Assembly: GCA_965649765.1 (NCBI GenBank)
Contig: OZ287756.1
Coordinates: forward strand, 7,316,001 to 7,380,000
Source of the DNA: Bispira polyomma
Taxonomy: Eukaryota
Direction: 5' to 3'
DNA length: 64,000 bases
This document shows positions 36,798-51,359 of this stretch, one piece after another. How positions within the stretch are numbered: the stretch's first letter is position 1; every line of letters begins with the position of its first letter. The notes under the pieces are model-generated. The model had not been told where the DNA came from, did no database searches, and saw nothing but the letters and a program-made list of their open reading frames with translations. The position numbers and the translations under genes are program-made.

Positions 36798-38845
36798 ATG
36801 TATAGGGCCAGTAGAGTAGTCAAAAGTAACATGTGTGTAAATGGGGAGAGTGAAAATTGGAGAGCGGAATGGTTTAAAATAAAAGTCAAAAGTTATGCTC
36901 AAGCGGTCGTAAAGGGTGTCAATTCAGTTAAAGGTAAAACATTTAAAGGTGAAAACAAACCACCCAGTACCTCCAACTATCGCTCACCCCATATAAATGT
37001 CAAGAATCTGCAGAGCAGTGTAAACAGATATAAAATGTATGGTCGTCAAGAATTCAGACCAAAAAGTGTGGAATCAAATGTACATAGGATTATTTCAGCA
37101 ATTGACGTGCCACCAGTTCACACAATTGGGGGCTTAACAAGCTCCCACCAGAGAGAACGAAGTGTCAACAAAACACCCTCCCCCCTCCCATTGTAATACA
37201 AAGTCCTCGAGGTTGGTTACCAAAACCCATTTTTCAGGAAGTCACACTTTCCAACTCCCACAATTGGGAGGTGTTGGCACTAATTGGGGTAATAACACGA
37301 GTCGAAACCACAATAGATTTTCCCCCCTACTAACACTCACTGAGGGGGAGGGGGAAACACACAAAGAGGAACAAAGTAATCCCTCAAGTGACACCCAAGT
37401 TAAACACACTAATGGCACAACCAAAATGACAAAGGCAAGGTATAACAAGTCTACAAAACCTATTCAGCAAGGGGATCAGTGTGAAACACAAAACATTGAC
37501 AAATATGACTTAGAATTACATGCAAAGCCTAAAAACAAGTGTTTCCAAAATTGGGACAGGCAGACGTCTGATAAATTTGGCTTTATTCCTTTGGGAGACT
37601 TAACAGTCCCCGTGTTTAATCTAAAAAATATCAGCTCTGAGCCAGTATTCACTATGCATTAAAAAATTAAAAACTCTAAAATCCCCAACTTCATGGGGGA
37701 ACAAATTCAGGTAGAATCCCAGCTTAAAGCCGATAAATGGGATTCTTACTTACAGGGCTATTGGGACACCCAATTGAAATATCTCATAAGATATGGCTTC
37801 CCGTTGGACGTCGACAAAAATAATCCCTTAGTCCACCAGGAAGAAAACCATAAATCAGCTAGAGATTTCCCTAATGACATTAACGCCTATCTAGAAGAAG
37901 AATCAAGATTCGGGGCCATGTTGGGTCCATACTCAGCTCCCCCTTGTGATAATCTACATGTATCACCGTTCATGACCCATGAAAAGCCAGGCGCACCCCA
38001 TAGGGTCATAATAGATTTGAGTTTCCCTCAAGGTCACTCAGTAAACGCGGCCGTGGCCAGAGATAAATGCCTAGATACACCGTTTGTGTTAACACTCTCA
38101 ACAGTGGACACTATTACGCAAAAAATACGTCAGCTTGGCCAGGGTCTCTGCTCTACAAAACAGATATAAGCAGGGCCTTCAGGCACGTAAAAATCAACCC
38201 TGCAGACTACAATCTGCTAGGTCTCAAACATGAGCAATACTTTGTTGATGCATGCCTACCCTTCGGGTATCGCCACGGTAGTGCAATATTCCAGCGTCTT
38301 AGTGACGCAGTTCGCTTTATAATGAAATGACTGTGATGTCATAACGACTGTGATGTCATAAATTATATTGACGATATCATAGGTTTTGGCGTTCCCTCCA
38401 AAATACAATGTTCTTTTGATCTCCTCCATGATACTCTCCATGAGCTAGGTTTCGAAATTAGCAAAAAGAAAATAGTGCGCCCAAGAACTCAGGTAGTCTG
38501 TCTAGGTGTCCTAATTGATATGGAAAATTTTACAGTTTCAGTTCCCCAAGAAAAACTTAGTGACATCTTAAATATGTGTAAATCCTGGAAAGCAAAAAGC
38601 CACTGCAAAAAACACGAGTTACAATCACTGCTAGGCAAATTGCTCTATATATCTAGATGTGTCAAAGTATCAAGGGTTTTTCTCAACAGAATGTTGGAAG
38701 TATTACGTGCAGCCCACACTGCGCACACAATCAACCTAGGGGTTAAATTCCATCAAGACCTTAACTGGTTCTGTGAATTTCTACCTTCATTAATGGTAAA
38801 GCATTTTTCGATCATAGACCAATTACGGACTGTATAGAACTAGAT
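36798..38845 (+). pseudogene. RT ORF of the YR retrotransposon (fragmented; RNase H largely deleted)
   Basis: YLIRYGFPLD, RVIIDLSFP, KTDISRAFR, LPFGYRHGSAIFQR, YIDD (38364-38375) and LQSLLGKL. A 17-bp duplication at 38327-38360 breaks the frame. Confidence 0.88.
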
Positions 38846-38997
38846 AGAACCTCCTCTCCAGATGGCATATGTACACTGATAGCCCTAACAGGCTAAGAGA
38901 ATACATAGCAGAACCACAATGGATAAATGTGAATGATGATATCATGCATATTAATTGGTCAATTTAAATTGTAGGTTTACCTCCTCAACTGGCATCT

Positions 38998-39958
38998 ATG
39001 GCTGCCAAGGCAGCCTCCAGGGCACACCAAGCCTTTAGACCTTCCACACAAATGGCGTACACCAATATGTTCAGGGTTTTCCTGGCCTTTACCTGTTTCA
39101 CAAACATCAGCCTCACAGCAATTACTCCATTAGTTATCCTCTCCTTTTTAGAAGTATTAGTTACAAGCAATGTCTCTAGTTCATCCATTACAAATTACCT
39201 TTCTGCCATTAGAGCAAAAATGGCTCTGTTTGGGCTCAATACCTCTTGCTTCAGTGACCCACGACTAAAGTATTATCAAAAAGCAATTGCCCTTAACAAG
39301 CCTTTTAGGGCCAAGCTAAAAAACATCATAGACATACCACTTCTCACACAAATAATTAATACTGCTGACACAATGTACATGGGCCAAGTATTCAACGCTC
39401 TTTACCTGGTCGCTTTCTTCTCATTCCTTAGGATATCCAATCTGGTTCTACATAATGTAGCCGGCTACACACCCCTTCAGCAGCTTTCCAGAGGCGACAT
39501 TCTATTTGCACCTCCTGGCATGCACATCATTGTTAAATGGTTGAAAACACTCCAGTCAAAAAATACAATCAGAATTATCAAATTACCATTACTACCATTT
39601 TCCTCCCTCTGCCCAGTCACAGCAGTTAGGAACGTATTAGCCATCACACCTGGATCCAGCAATTCACCATTATTCCAATTCAAACAATGCACTCTGGATC
39701 CCACTAACAGACACAAGAGTCAGAAGAAACCTTCAAACCACACGGGTACACTGCCAGGCAGAAAATATAACCTTCCACACCTTCCGACGCTCAGGTGCCA
39801 CATATGCATTCAACCAAAAGGTTCCGTTACAGGATATCCAGGCCCATGGCACCTGGACGTCGGACTATGTGTGGAAATATATTAACCAAGACCATAATAC
39901 CTCTCCCCAGGTGGCGCTGGCCTTCAAAGCTGCTCTTGAAAACACTATTACCTACTAG
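38998..39958 (+). pseudogene. Tyrosine recombinase of the YR retrotransposon
   Basis: FFSFLRISNL (catalytic R), KT and LCPV. After a frameshift, HTFRRSGAT...HGTWTSDYVWKY (H-x-x-R, W, Y), with stop at 39956-39958. Confidence 0.92.
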
Positions 39959-41470
39959 TTTGGCTTGGGTCTCTTTTTCTCACTTATAATACAAAACCAT
40001 CATATATTTTACACTAAAATTTTACATGTCTATATTTAGGGCCACCTTATATTTATATTGCATTTATTTTATCTCCTTTACGTAAACATTGTATACTTAA
40101 ATATAACTTTTACATGTACTTGTATTTAACTTAACTTGAAAAGTTTATAACTTTGGTAGAGTTTACTTGTACTAAGGCCACTACAAGTGACCCCAAAGGT
40201 TTACGTAATGTACTAACCTAAACCTAAGGTCAATGCAAATGACCACAACCTTGACATAATTTAATTTAAGGTCAACTCAAATGACCAATCTTAAAAAGTT
40301 AAGTTCACCTTAAGTTAAGGTCACCATAAACTGACCTCTGCAAAAGTAATACCTCAAGTTGAGGTCACCTTAAGTGACTTGTCTTCAATTTAAGGTGGCC
40401 CTATTCTCAGTATGTACATAAAAGTAGAAAGTTAACATAGAATAAAATTTTAACATTTCCCAATTGGGATCTTTTTTCTTGTCTCATTAAAAATTCACAC
40501 TCATCACAAGAGTCATTGTAAATGTACTCACCTTAATGTTGAGATTTTTTATTTCAAAGTTTACTCTCCTATAATAAAATTTTGTCTTTTTGGAATTACT
40601 GTCATTTGCAAAGTTACTCTTTTGTCCACACGGGCGGTCATCATACTGGTCGGGTCACAATACCGTTTGACACACATTTCAATGTCTAAAACGTAGATTT
40701 CTTTAAAATAAAATAAAGTATTCTGTACTTTAATTAATCGAGATGAAGTACTTTTCAAAATAAATTTCTCTCGCTAAATTTTTTAAAAATACAACAGACG
40801 GTATTGTGACCTGACCGGTATTATGACAGCCAGTGTACTCCATATCTGGCGAGTATTGCAAAACATTGGAAAATTCTATACACAAAATAGGCAAAAATGT
40901 ATGATTTACTGGAGAAGCAAATATGTGGGAGCTTTTTGTGGCTTCTAGTGGCTGAAGTAATGTATCACACACACCCCCACAATGACACCCAGTAGTATGT
41001 TTACCTTTCTCTGTTACTGACCTATTGTACAAGCATTAGGTTTCAGGAACATTACTACTCACTGACAGTGACTGTCTATGTGCCACAAAAAAGTATTGCT
41101 ATCTCAGTGTTTATTAACTAGATAGGGATTAAGTCACACTTCTGCAATAATTGCTATACTTACTTGCATAGATTGCATCCTAATTCTGAAGCATATTTAT
41201 TTTTTTGAGGAATAGGCTTGAAAAAATGTACAGTCTGCATTGCACTATTTTTGCTGTATGTTATCTTATCTTAGTTCTGTTTGTACCTAGACTATACTCT
41301 GATGACATAGTGCCATAGAAGTTTTTTTTAGTAACATTGTGTTCTATTTGTGCCTTATGTGTCAGTGGAAGATTTGAATTATAATAAAACATTATAAGGT
41401 ACTCTCACAATTAAACAAATCTTTCCTTGCCAGAGCTAAAGTCTCTACTCCTTGACCTTGTTAAGAACAG

Positions 41471-41749
41471 GGGCCGTATTCACAAAGATTCTTATTCTGA
41501 GAATTACAGTTATTCTTATAATTTATTTGATAGAATTTTTCCTAATCGAAGAATTTTCAATTTGTTTTATTCCTATACTTAAATTTTGTTATAAAAATTT
41601 AAATGAGCCTGAAATCTAAGAATGGTACAAAAATGTACTACTTTGTGGGTAGTATTTGTTTTAAAAAAATTCTTACATAAAGAAAACTTCCAAGAAAATT
41701 TGAAGGATAAGAGTAATAGTAAGAATAAGAATCTTTGTAAATACGGCCC
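41471..41749. mobile_element. MITE, PIF/Harbinger-like
   Basis: 28-bp TIR GGGCCGTATT(C/T)ACAAAGATTCTTATTCT with CAG duplication. The empty site is visible at ~54495. Confidence 0.88.
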
Positions 41750-43805
41750 CAGATCTCTACAACAACACATTATATGGTGTGCATTCCCTCAGACAAGGCT
41801 AGTCAATGGCACCTACATCTTCTATTATCTCTATCAATACTAGCACACCATGTTCACAGGTAAAAGGTTGTTGCAAGACCTTGTGAAACTCTTGATATCA
41901 CAGATCCCCACAGTTATGTCTCTCTTGTTATTTTTGATTCCTGTCAATGTTACCTGCGAATGTAGAATTGCACAGGTAAATTCAGTCAATTGTAAATACC
42001 TTTTTACTGTGTGTTGCCATTGATGTATTTTATGGTCCACAATTAATGTCTATTGAACAGTGATTAAAGGGAATATCCCCATTCCCAACTATATAAACAT
42101 TATCTTAAGTTATTTCAGTAAAAAATGTTGTTGACTGTATTTGTGCATGGAATTAATCTACATTTGTCCACAATGATTACATGCTTTCCAAACCAAGCTA
42201 GATTTTAGATAAATGAGGTTTTTGTTAATTTTTTGATAATCTATTCTTCCATTTGTCCATTTTTGCACCTGTGGCTAACATTACACAGAAGCACAATTCA
42301 GTGCTTTACAGTGATAGTGGTTACTTAATCAATGAATCCAGTGAGATGCTTTCTTTAACTGCTAGCTGTGAATAAGACATCAGTTGAGTGAGAAATTACC
42401 TGAAGCCATATATTGACAAAAAACAAGAGCCTTTAATTAAGGGATGGCTTGCCTAACATAATGGAGTTTTGAATTGTTAATGTTCAGTACATATTTGTTC
42501 TTTAGAAGGAAATCCGAATTTTGGATTATGAATATTACACTAATTTTAGACATATGCGTATTTAACTATTGATATTATTGTATATATTACTTTTACCTTC
42601 ATAATCATCTATCCTCAAACAACATGTTATATAATACCCATCTTAACTTCCATAAATGACATGATTTCAATTTACCTACAATTGACAGAAGCAAAGGATA
42701 ACTTCATTTGGACAAGTGTCTTTTGGTAAGGCATTATTTTGGACATCAGGCAATATTTTATCACTCAACAGCAGGAATTAACTTGCAACAAACTATATGT
42801 ATTATATTATCGTATGTAATATTTGTGTTCTGATATGATTAACAATCTTAACTAGATTCATACTGACATATTAATGCTACTGCACACAATTTAGCAATTG
42901 CCTCGTGTATTATAAAATACACATTGAATGGGAACTCGTTTAATTATTTTTCACTGACACCACAGTGTCCATTGTCCAAAACAATTATTCCTTTGTACTA
43001 CTCTAGTATAAATATCTGCGTTTGACGTCACATTGACTTTATACCTTTCATGCATCAGTTATATTGTGTAAGTAAAGTTCATCCAAACATGCAAAACTTT
43101 GTCTTTTGTTATGACAACTGCACGCATTTGTGAGCATGGGGTCATGATTTAGTGTAGATAGCATGTTACATTTAATTAGATATTGACTCACAAAACTGAC
43201 ACAAATCGTGTTGTATTCAGGGCTTTCCTTCAACATAATTAGCTAACCAATGTAACTACAGTTGCACTGACAAAGTATAAAAAGGTGTTAACATGTATAT
43301 TTCGTTATTGTATATTACCGAGAATGGCACTTAACATACCTCTGGCAAGGTATATGCTTCAATATGTAATAATGCTTTGTTTGCGTAATGTTTGTGTTAT
43401 GTAGTAGCAATAACTTTGAACATTTCCATATATGTGAAAAGGTAAATAATAGTCTTAATGCTGTTGACACCTATGGAGACAAGAACTTTGTGCTTGAAGA
43501 AAGGTACATACATTTTTGGTGATGAATCCACAAAATTCCTTTTTAAAATTTTTCTTACAAACCATTCAGAAGAGTAATAATTACTTCATATTCAAGTTTG
43601 GGATGATGATGTCAGAATAATAAATGTTAAGAATAAATTAAAAAATGACAGAAATATCATCAAAAATATGCAAAAACTGCACAATGATGGCATCCCCATC
43701 TTTTAGTATCTCTATTAATACTAACCATATTCAGAGGTAGAAGGTACGCCATATTCAGAGGTAGAAGGTTTATATTGCATGTTTTTAGTGAAACTCCAGA
43801 CATGA

Positions 43806-44130
43806 AATAGTACATTTGTTATAGCGCACTTACAGACCAAAGCGTCCTTTCAAATGCGCTTCCCCATGGGCAACCACAATGGGCACCGAGGTGCTTGAGG
43901 ATGACCATTTATCAACATCCCCAAGGATCTTTATTCTGCCTCTGGAGATATTACTCAGTGACAGAGGACTGCCCTTTTAAGTGGTCATGGGAGCCACTAG
44001 GCAAACTTGTGTTCACATCTTGCTCAAGGATGTTATCCCACCAAATGAAACTAGAGGCCGGTACCAGGAATAGAACCGGGGACTTTCTGATTATTAAACC
44101 AACATCCTAACAGCTAGACCAAGCAGGATC
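43806..44130 (-). mobile_element. tRNA-derived SINE with L2-like tail
   Basis: Minus-strand TGGTCTAGCTGTTAGG (A box), GGTTCTATTCC (B box) and AAGTGCGCTATAACAAAT tail. It interrupts the host repeat. Confidence 0.6.
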
Positions 44131-47100
44131 ATGGTTACTTCACAGATACATGCATGTTTTCTTTATTTTTCTGAGACTCGTATCAATTTTACTTGTAAGC
44201 TAAGAATGTGAAAATTGTTAATACTCTTCTTGTGTGTGTTGGATTTTTTTTATCAACACCTAATTTCTATTGAAGATTAATTAATGGAATATCGTATTTC
44301 CAACTGTATAGCCATTTTGATAAGCTGTTCTAAATAGGTCTTTGGAGTGAGTTGTTGCTTTGTATTCTCATAAAGTTTGTATCTGTCTCAATAATTACGT
44401 ACCTTTCAGCCATATACTACTTACCTGATATTATCAATAGTTTACTAAATTTAGTTAAATATAGTATTTGAGTAATAACTTAAGTTTCACGTTTGGCTGT
44501 AATATTATACAAAAGCACATTTTCAGTGTTTTATAGAAATAATGTTTACATAATAAATTAAATACAAGTATGCTGTGTTCAACTGACTAGTCTGAGGTAG
44601 CCGTACAGAGAGCTTGTAGCTCATGAAGTGAGCTAAGGTACCTGGAACTATATATTGACAAAACAAGAGTCTTTAACTGAGGAAGCGGTCTTACAAAATT
44701 TAACAAAACCTTAAATTGATGCCATAGCTTAAAAAATTAAATACTTATAATACTCAATATGTATTGCGAAATTTAAATATTAACCAAATTTTGTTGATAG
44801 GCAATTATTTCTTAAACCACATATTAATCAAAACAAGAATCTTTAATTTAGAAAGATATCATGTTTTAAAAAAATGAAAGCATAAATGGATATGATTATT
44901 TCAATAATTCAATAATATATTTCTGTAGCTATTAACAACTTACGTTGATTATTAATGTTCAACTAATATGTGCATAGTCACTGACGTATTTGATTAATTT
45001 TAGCGGAAATATTCAATTTTAATAAATGACAATAGATTAATTTTCATTTTAGGCAAAAAGTAGATAATATTATTTGAGTAATTTTGGTGTTTTTGTGCAC
45101 TCAAGATAATGTAACTGAATACACTAGCTCTTATTATGTTAAAGAGTTAGTTAGTAATGTAGATATGCACATATAATATATCAATATTTAAGTAACTTTT
45201 GTTGATTTAAGAAGTTAATTAATAATTCTAATTTCTATATCATATTATCAGATGTATTTAACAGTTCCTATTCAGTGTATTTTTAATTTATTAACACTGG
45301 TGTTAAAACTAATTTACACAATAAGTGTAATCTGGACTGTTTGGTTAAACCAAATAGTTCATAAATTATGTCGTATATATATTTAGTAAATTATAGTTAA
45401 CAGCTATTAAAAGTGAAATTTTATTTACCATAAATTTTTAGATTGTATATTCCAAAGTTCCTATCGAGATTGACAACAGCACAAATAATTCCATAGTAGT
45501 CCACACTGTTGCATAAGAATAATATAATATATAGTTGTATACAATACCTAATATTATATATCCACCACTAGGTTTTATATATTTCTCTAAATATATATAT
45601 ATAAACGTTTTATGAAACATGTGTTATTTTTATTCTTCCATGCTTAAAATTTGTTTCGAAATATTATGAAAATAATCCATCTCTACTATTGAGTTAAGTA
45701 TATGTTTATCACCGTATAAATAATCAATAAAATGTGCATGTTCTCAATTAGAAAGCTGCTACTCCTTTAGTTTTACTGACTTAAGATAAACCGTCCCCTA
45801 GATAAGACTTGAGTCAAGCAAGAGCAGCAAGTAGCTGTATTCAAAAATTGTGAAAACAAATTATGCCGATGCTTAGCTGTTCAGCAGTTTTCAAGCCACA
45901 TCTTTTTTAGAAAACTTCACTGTAAAACTATTAACAAACATGCACCATCAACAGGAATATAAAATTATTGCTTTACTTGTGTGAGATAGATATGTACTTT
46001 CCCAAGATGTCCATGCCAAATAGTCCTGTTATTGTGTTGCCTAAGCTCTCAGCTGCATCATTTAATTGCTCATTTTTTTGTGTATTCAAAATGCATGTCC
46101 CAGATGTAGCTATCATTATCTACAATAATTCGTCAAGGTTTGTTCACCATTAAAATATATTATCTTTTTCATACTTCCTTTGTCATTTGCCACTGTAATC
46201 TTTTGTACAATCCATATCTCATTACAAAATATTGGAGGTCTTTACACACAATAGGAACAAGGTCCATGTTTTATGATTTGCCAGGGAGCAATTAAGTGGG
46301 AGCTTTTCATGGTACTTATAATGGCTCAAGTAGGATGTCACAAACACACACAGACAGAACCCTTCCCCTTCTCAATTACTTAGCTACCTTTGAAGCATTA
46401 TACTTTAGGCACATTATAGGGCTAATGAAAAAGTGACTGTCTACGTGCCAGAAATAAGCGTATTGGTTCCACTATATTAGTAAAATAGCCAGAAGCATTA
46501 GGGTTTCTGCAAAAGTTGCTACACTTCCTTGCATAGATTGAATCTTCTTTATCTATTATTTTTTATGGTTCTAGTCACATTAATGTAGCTGTATTGCTGA
46601 TATGCTTACACACTACATTAATCTAGTTGTCACCTGTGGTCGATATTATATAGCAGCACAATTTCAGAAATTTACAGAAATAGTGTTTACATAACCAGGC
46701 AATTGCAGTGTGATGGCTTTAACTAGAGTCTGGAGGGAGCTGTTTAATCTAATAAGGCATGGACTCCAAAAGCTGACACAAATGGTGTTATATTGGGACT
46801 TCTCTCAGATAGAATTAGTTGAACTAAACAATGTAAGTACAGTTGAGCTAACAAGTTGTTTCTTTTAGAGTGAACATTGTAAGTTTAGAAAAAGGTGTAT
46901 AAATACAACTGTCATGTTCAGATGTTAACTAGAAGGGCATTCATTTACATGGCCCAAAATATAGTAATTCTTTCTAATGCAATGCCACCACAGAATGATA
47001 TGTATTAACTCAACAATATACATACATTATAAAGTTCATCCTTATTTAATATATACTTTACAGCTACTATAATTAAAATGGACTCACCCTAACATATAGA

Positions 47101-48319
47101 TTATTAATTTCAAAGTTTGCACTCCATATAATCCATATATTAGACAACACTGTTGTATAACAATAGAATATATTATAATGTTGTATAAAATATTGTACAT
47201 CATGTCTCCCAATACCAATGACTGTAGTAGGCCTACTTAGCCATTCTTATATATTATATATTCAACAGTAGCTATAATTTATTATGCATGCATTAATCTA
47301 TAAATATTTTGTCACAAGGCATGTGTTATTTTCATCCACCCATATGTTAGCATTCACACTTGTTTGAAAACATTACAAAACAATCCTTCTTTACTATTTC
47401 ATTAGGGGTATATATCTTTATCCTACTTATAATGATTCTATAAAAACTGAGCATATATTTACCAAGAAAGCTCCTGGGTTATTATTATTATTATATATTT
47501 GCAATGCGCTTTATTGCTGCTAGGCATATTTTAAAGTGCAACAGCAGAATCATTATCCTTTTAAAAAGTGTCAACAGTTCTTTACAACACACGTAACTCT
47601 GACTAGAGCAACAACAATCTATACTAATAAATTAATCTTATTGAGGAAAAGACCAGTCCATTCAAATGTCTACAGCTCAACAGAATGACATTCAGCACTG
47701 CTCTATCCCATATCTTAAAAAAGCTAGTCTTAAAAAGCTACAAGTGTACATGCACAATGAAGGGGAAATCACAAATCGCTGTTTTACTTGTGAGAGATAT
47801 TAAAGGCTGTACAGTATTTGTTATTACATATATGTGATCTGTGTAAAGCAGGAGGAACTATACACCCGTGGAGTTGTTCCTGCCAAAAAGTCTTGCTGTT
47901 GTGTAAGGTTAAAACTTCACCTACAAACTGTTTTTTTTTCTCTTTACATTTATAATTCGAAGAAATTCTAACCACAAGAATTTGTTAATATATCGACTAC
48001 TTAAAATTGTATTTTGTCTTCTTGTAATTACTTTGTCATTTACCAAGGCGATCCTTTGTCTAATCCATATCTGGCCAGTTGAACAAAACATTAGTGTTTT
48101 ATACACACAAAAGGGTTGGGTCTATATGGAGGATTTATTGACACAGAGTATGGTCACCTTTCTCTGCTACTCACATAGCTTACAAGCGTTAGGTTTCAGT
48201 CACATAAATACGATAATGAGACAGTGACTAGTGATAAATGTTTTTCTTGCTCGAACTAAAGCCTTTACTCCTTGACTGTTAAGGACCTATCTCTGTGTGC
48301 GAGAAGATAAGAGTTATAA

Positions 48320-48715
48320 GAACACATTATTCATCTTATATCTAACACGTTCATTGTTATATAACAACATGGAAACTCAACCAAGAACAGTCTCCACAAT
48401 TTCCTAATGATATCTCCATATTCAATTGTCTCTATCTATACAAATATGCCATGGTAACAGATAAAGGAAATCGTCAAAACAACATTTGTTCACAATTCCA
48501 AAAACTAAACTCAAGACCTTTGGTGACATATCCCAGTAGCTGTACCATACCTTTTTTTTCTTTCCAGAAAAGTTACAGCAATTGAGAATAACCCAATATT
48601 CAGAAAGGAACTCAAAACTATTATATTAAAAAAGTGCTATAGTCGTCTTTTGTGTGCAGCGCTTTAGAAATGTTTATTTGTTTGTTGGTGCTATGTAAAT
48701 GTAGTATGTTATGTT
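48320..48715 (+). mobile_element. Decayed L2-like LINE 3' fragment
   Basis: IPKTKLKTFGD-like segment, CAGCGCTTTAGA..GCTAT stem and (TGTTA)n tail. Confidence 0.5.
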
Positions 48716-50208
48716 ACTGGTAAAGGTTTTCTTCATTGCATGTACCGCTGAAACTTTTTGGACTCACTTCGTTTCCTGTAAACTGTGAATGTAGAATTAC
48801 ACAAGTCAAAAGTAAATAGTGAATAGTCTATTGCTGCGTCTTGGAAATGGTGTATTTTATTCCCCACACTTAATGTCTATTGAACAGTGATTAAAGGGAA
48901 TATCCCTATTCCCAACTATATAAAGATTATCTTGAGCTAATAAAAAATGTTGTTTCTGTCAAAGTTATTTATGTTTTAAAAAAAATTGCATTTTACCACT
49001 ATGGTTACATATTTTAGTCAAAATATATATTTTGCATATATGGGACCTTTTAGTAGTAACATATTCTTACATTTGTCCATTTTGCACTTGTGACTGATAT
49101 TACAGAGGAGCACAATTTCCGTCGTTTACAGTCTGTGTAATGTTTACTTAATCAATGATTCCATTGAGATGCTGTCTTTAACTGCTAACTCTGACTAATA
49201 CAACAGTTAAGTGAGATTGTAGCTCCTGAAGTGAGAGAAATTACCTGAAGCCATATATTGACAAAAACAGACTTTAATTTGGGAAGATTAGAAACAGAAA
49301 CTCATTTAACTGTTTTAACTAAAACCATGTTATGTGTTGTCTATGACAATTGTTCATTTGTACTGCTTTATAAATATCTAGCTTTGTCGTAACATCAACC
49401 TCATAGTTTAAAACATGCAAACTATTTGGTCTGATGTGATAACTGCATATATTTGTGTTTGCGAGCCATTCAGCAGATATATAATTACTTTATGTATAAG
49501 TTTTGGATGATGAAGCCAGAATAATAACAGTTTGTAAGATGTCTGTATATATAAAAGGATCGTCATATACAAATACGCAAAAAATAATGACACAGGTAAA
49601 TGGTTTATAATGCATATTTCTAGTACAACTCTAGGCATCACATATACACACGCTTTGTACACTATCCCCACCATTGCCTCACATTATTTTTACCTGTAAG
49701 CTGAGAATGTAAATAGAAAATTGTGAATACTCTTCTCGTGTGTGTTGGAATTGATATATTTTATTGCCCACACTTCATCTCATTTTAAGATTAATTGATG
49801 GGAATTTACCCATTCCCAACTATACAATTTCAGATGTTATTCTTAATGTAGGTTTTGAGAGAGTGAGTTGGTGCTTTGCATTATTATACAATTTGTCTTC
49901 ATCTCAATGATTACCTACCTTGTCAATGTCAAACAGACACTACTTTTGCTTAAAAATAGCACTTAAATATACTTGTAGTATTTAAATAGTAGTTTACTCC
50001 CACATTCGTCTAAGTTTCACCTTTAGTTGCCATGTTTCACCTTTAGTTGCCATGTTATACAGAAGCCCATTTCTAGTGCTTTAAGTGATGGTTCCCCTAT
50101 CAAGTACGATCGGCAAAATGGACGGGAAAATGAAAGTGTGGGGACACCTTCCAGATTGAACTGATTGCGTCTGGTTTTGACTAGACACCGACCACGATTG
50201 ACCTTGAA

Positions 50209-50318
50209 ATCTGTACTAAAACTGCCCTGGCCTTCCGTATCAGCGATAGGATCTGACGGATCTGTACTAAAACTGCCCCAGCCTCCAGTATCGGCGATAG
50301 GATCTGACGGATCTGTAC
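50209..50318. repeat. 51-bp tandem repeat
   Basis: ATCTGTACTAAAACTGCCC..GCGATAGGATCTGACGG twice, plus a partial copy. Confidence 0.85.
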
Positions 50319-51359
50319 CACTTATCTCTCAGGATCAAACTTCTAATAATCAAGGTCGGGACTGCTTTGCCAAAATAACTGACAAAATGGTTTTATATTC
50401 TTCTGCACCACCACATTCTCACCGTTTTTTGTCCACTGAACTATAAGTTTAAACAGGCCAGTGTTAGGACAGGCCTAGAGGGAGATAAGATTAATCAGAT
50501 CAAACTTATTCGGCAATACAGACTTTTGAAAATATCAAACATGTTGGATATCATATTTCTTAAACCACATATTGATAAACACAAATGAAATTTTTTATTT
50601 GTTTTCATATTTTAAAAAGTATAACATTCAGTGTAAATATATTTCAGTGAATTCAGAAAAGAAAATAATTCATATAAAATAGTAGTACTTTATTTCAGGC
50701 TTTAATTTAAACTTACTGAGTATTTAATATCCACATTTGATTATTCCACAAAATTAATAATGCTTCTACACTGAATTTAGAAAATATTTCAATGTACTAT
50801 AATACATAGTGAATAGCAACTCATTCAACCCCATTATCAAACCCCCATTATCTATTGTCTGCAACAATGGTTCCTTTGTACTGCTCTACTAAAATTATTT
50901 TGGCTTCAAAAAAACTGGCTTTGATGTCACTCTGACGGCATACTATGTATTCATTAGTCATATTGGAGGAATAATGTCACATGTGAAAACACTGCAGACT
51001 ATTTTTTTATGCTTTGATTTGTTTTTGTTATTTTAAAAACTGTTAGTGTTCACCTACACTGTAAACTCCATGTTTTTAGGACTACTGTATAGACTTACAT
51101 TTGTGAGGATGGGTCATGTATTAGTTTGGAGGTTTTGATCTAATATGACAGATTGACTCCCAAAAATGACACAAATGGTATTATATTGGCTGCTATTTAA
51201 CAGAATTAGTTCAACTAAGCACTGTTGCACTAACAAATTATTTCCCTTAGATTGAAAATTTTGAGTAAAGAAAAATTTAGAAAAAACAACTGTCATTTTT
51301 CGATTTTAACTAGGAGGGCACTTAATTATAAGGTCCAAAATTATAATAGTTCTTGGTGC

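Larger units (their letters stand above)
32264..40514 (+). mobile_element. Decayed tyrosine-recombinase retrotransposon (DIRS/Ngaro-like)
   Basis: Gag-like ORF1 with CCCH-type finger, DIRS-type RT and a tyrosine recombinase. Boundaries come from the host repeat resuming (GCAGCTACAA | TTGTAAATGTACTC; compare 53004-53040). No target-site duplication. Confidence 0.88.

Noticed and set aside
36791-36902. N-terminus of the 1006-aa LINE ORF
   Set aside because: This is the antisense strand of the flanking YR element beyond the AAATGT junction.
49081-49280. Ig-like peptide (SGATISLNC) on the minus strand of the array unit
   Set aside because: The frame is broken in the copies I checked and no further Ig motifs are seen, so it is not supportable without a consensus.
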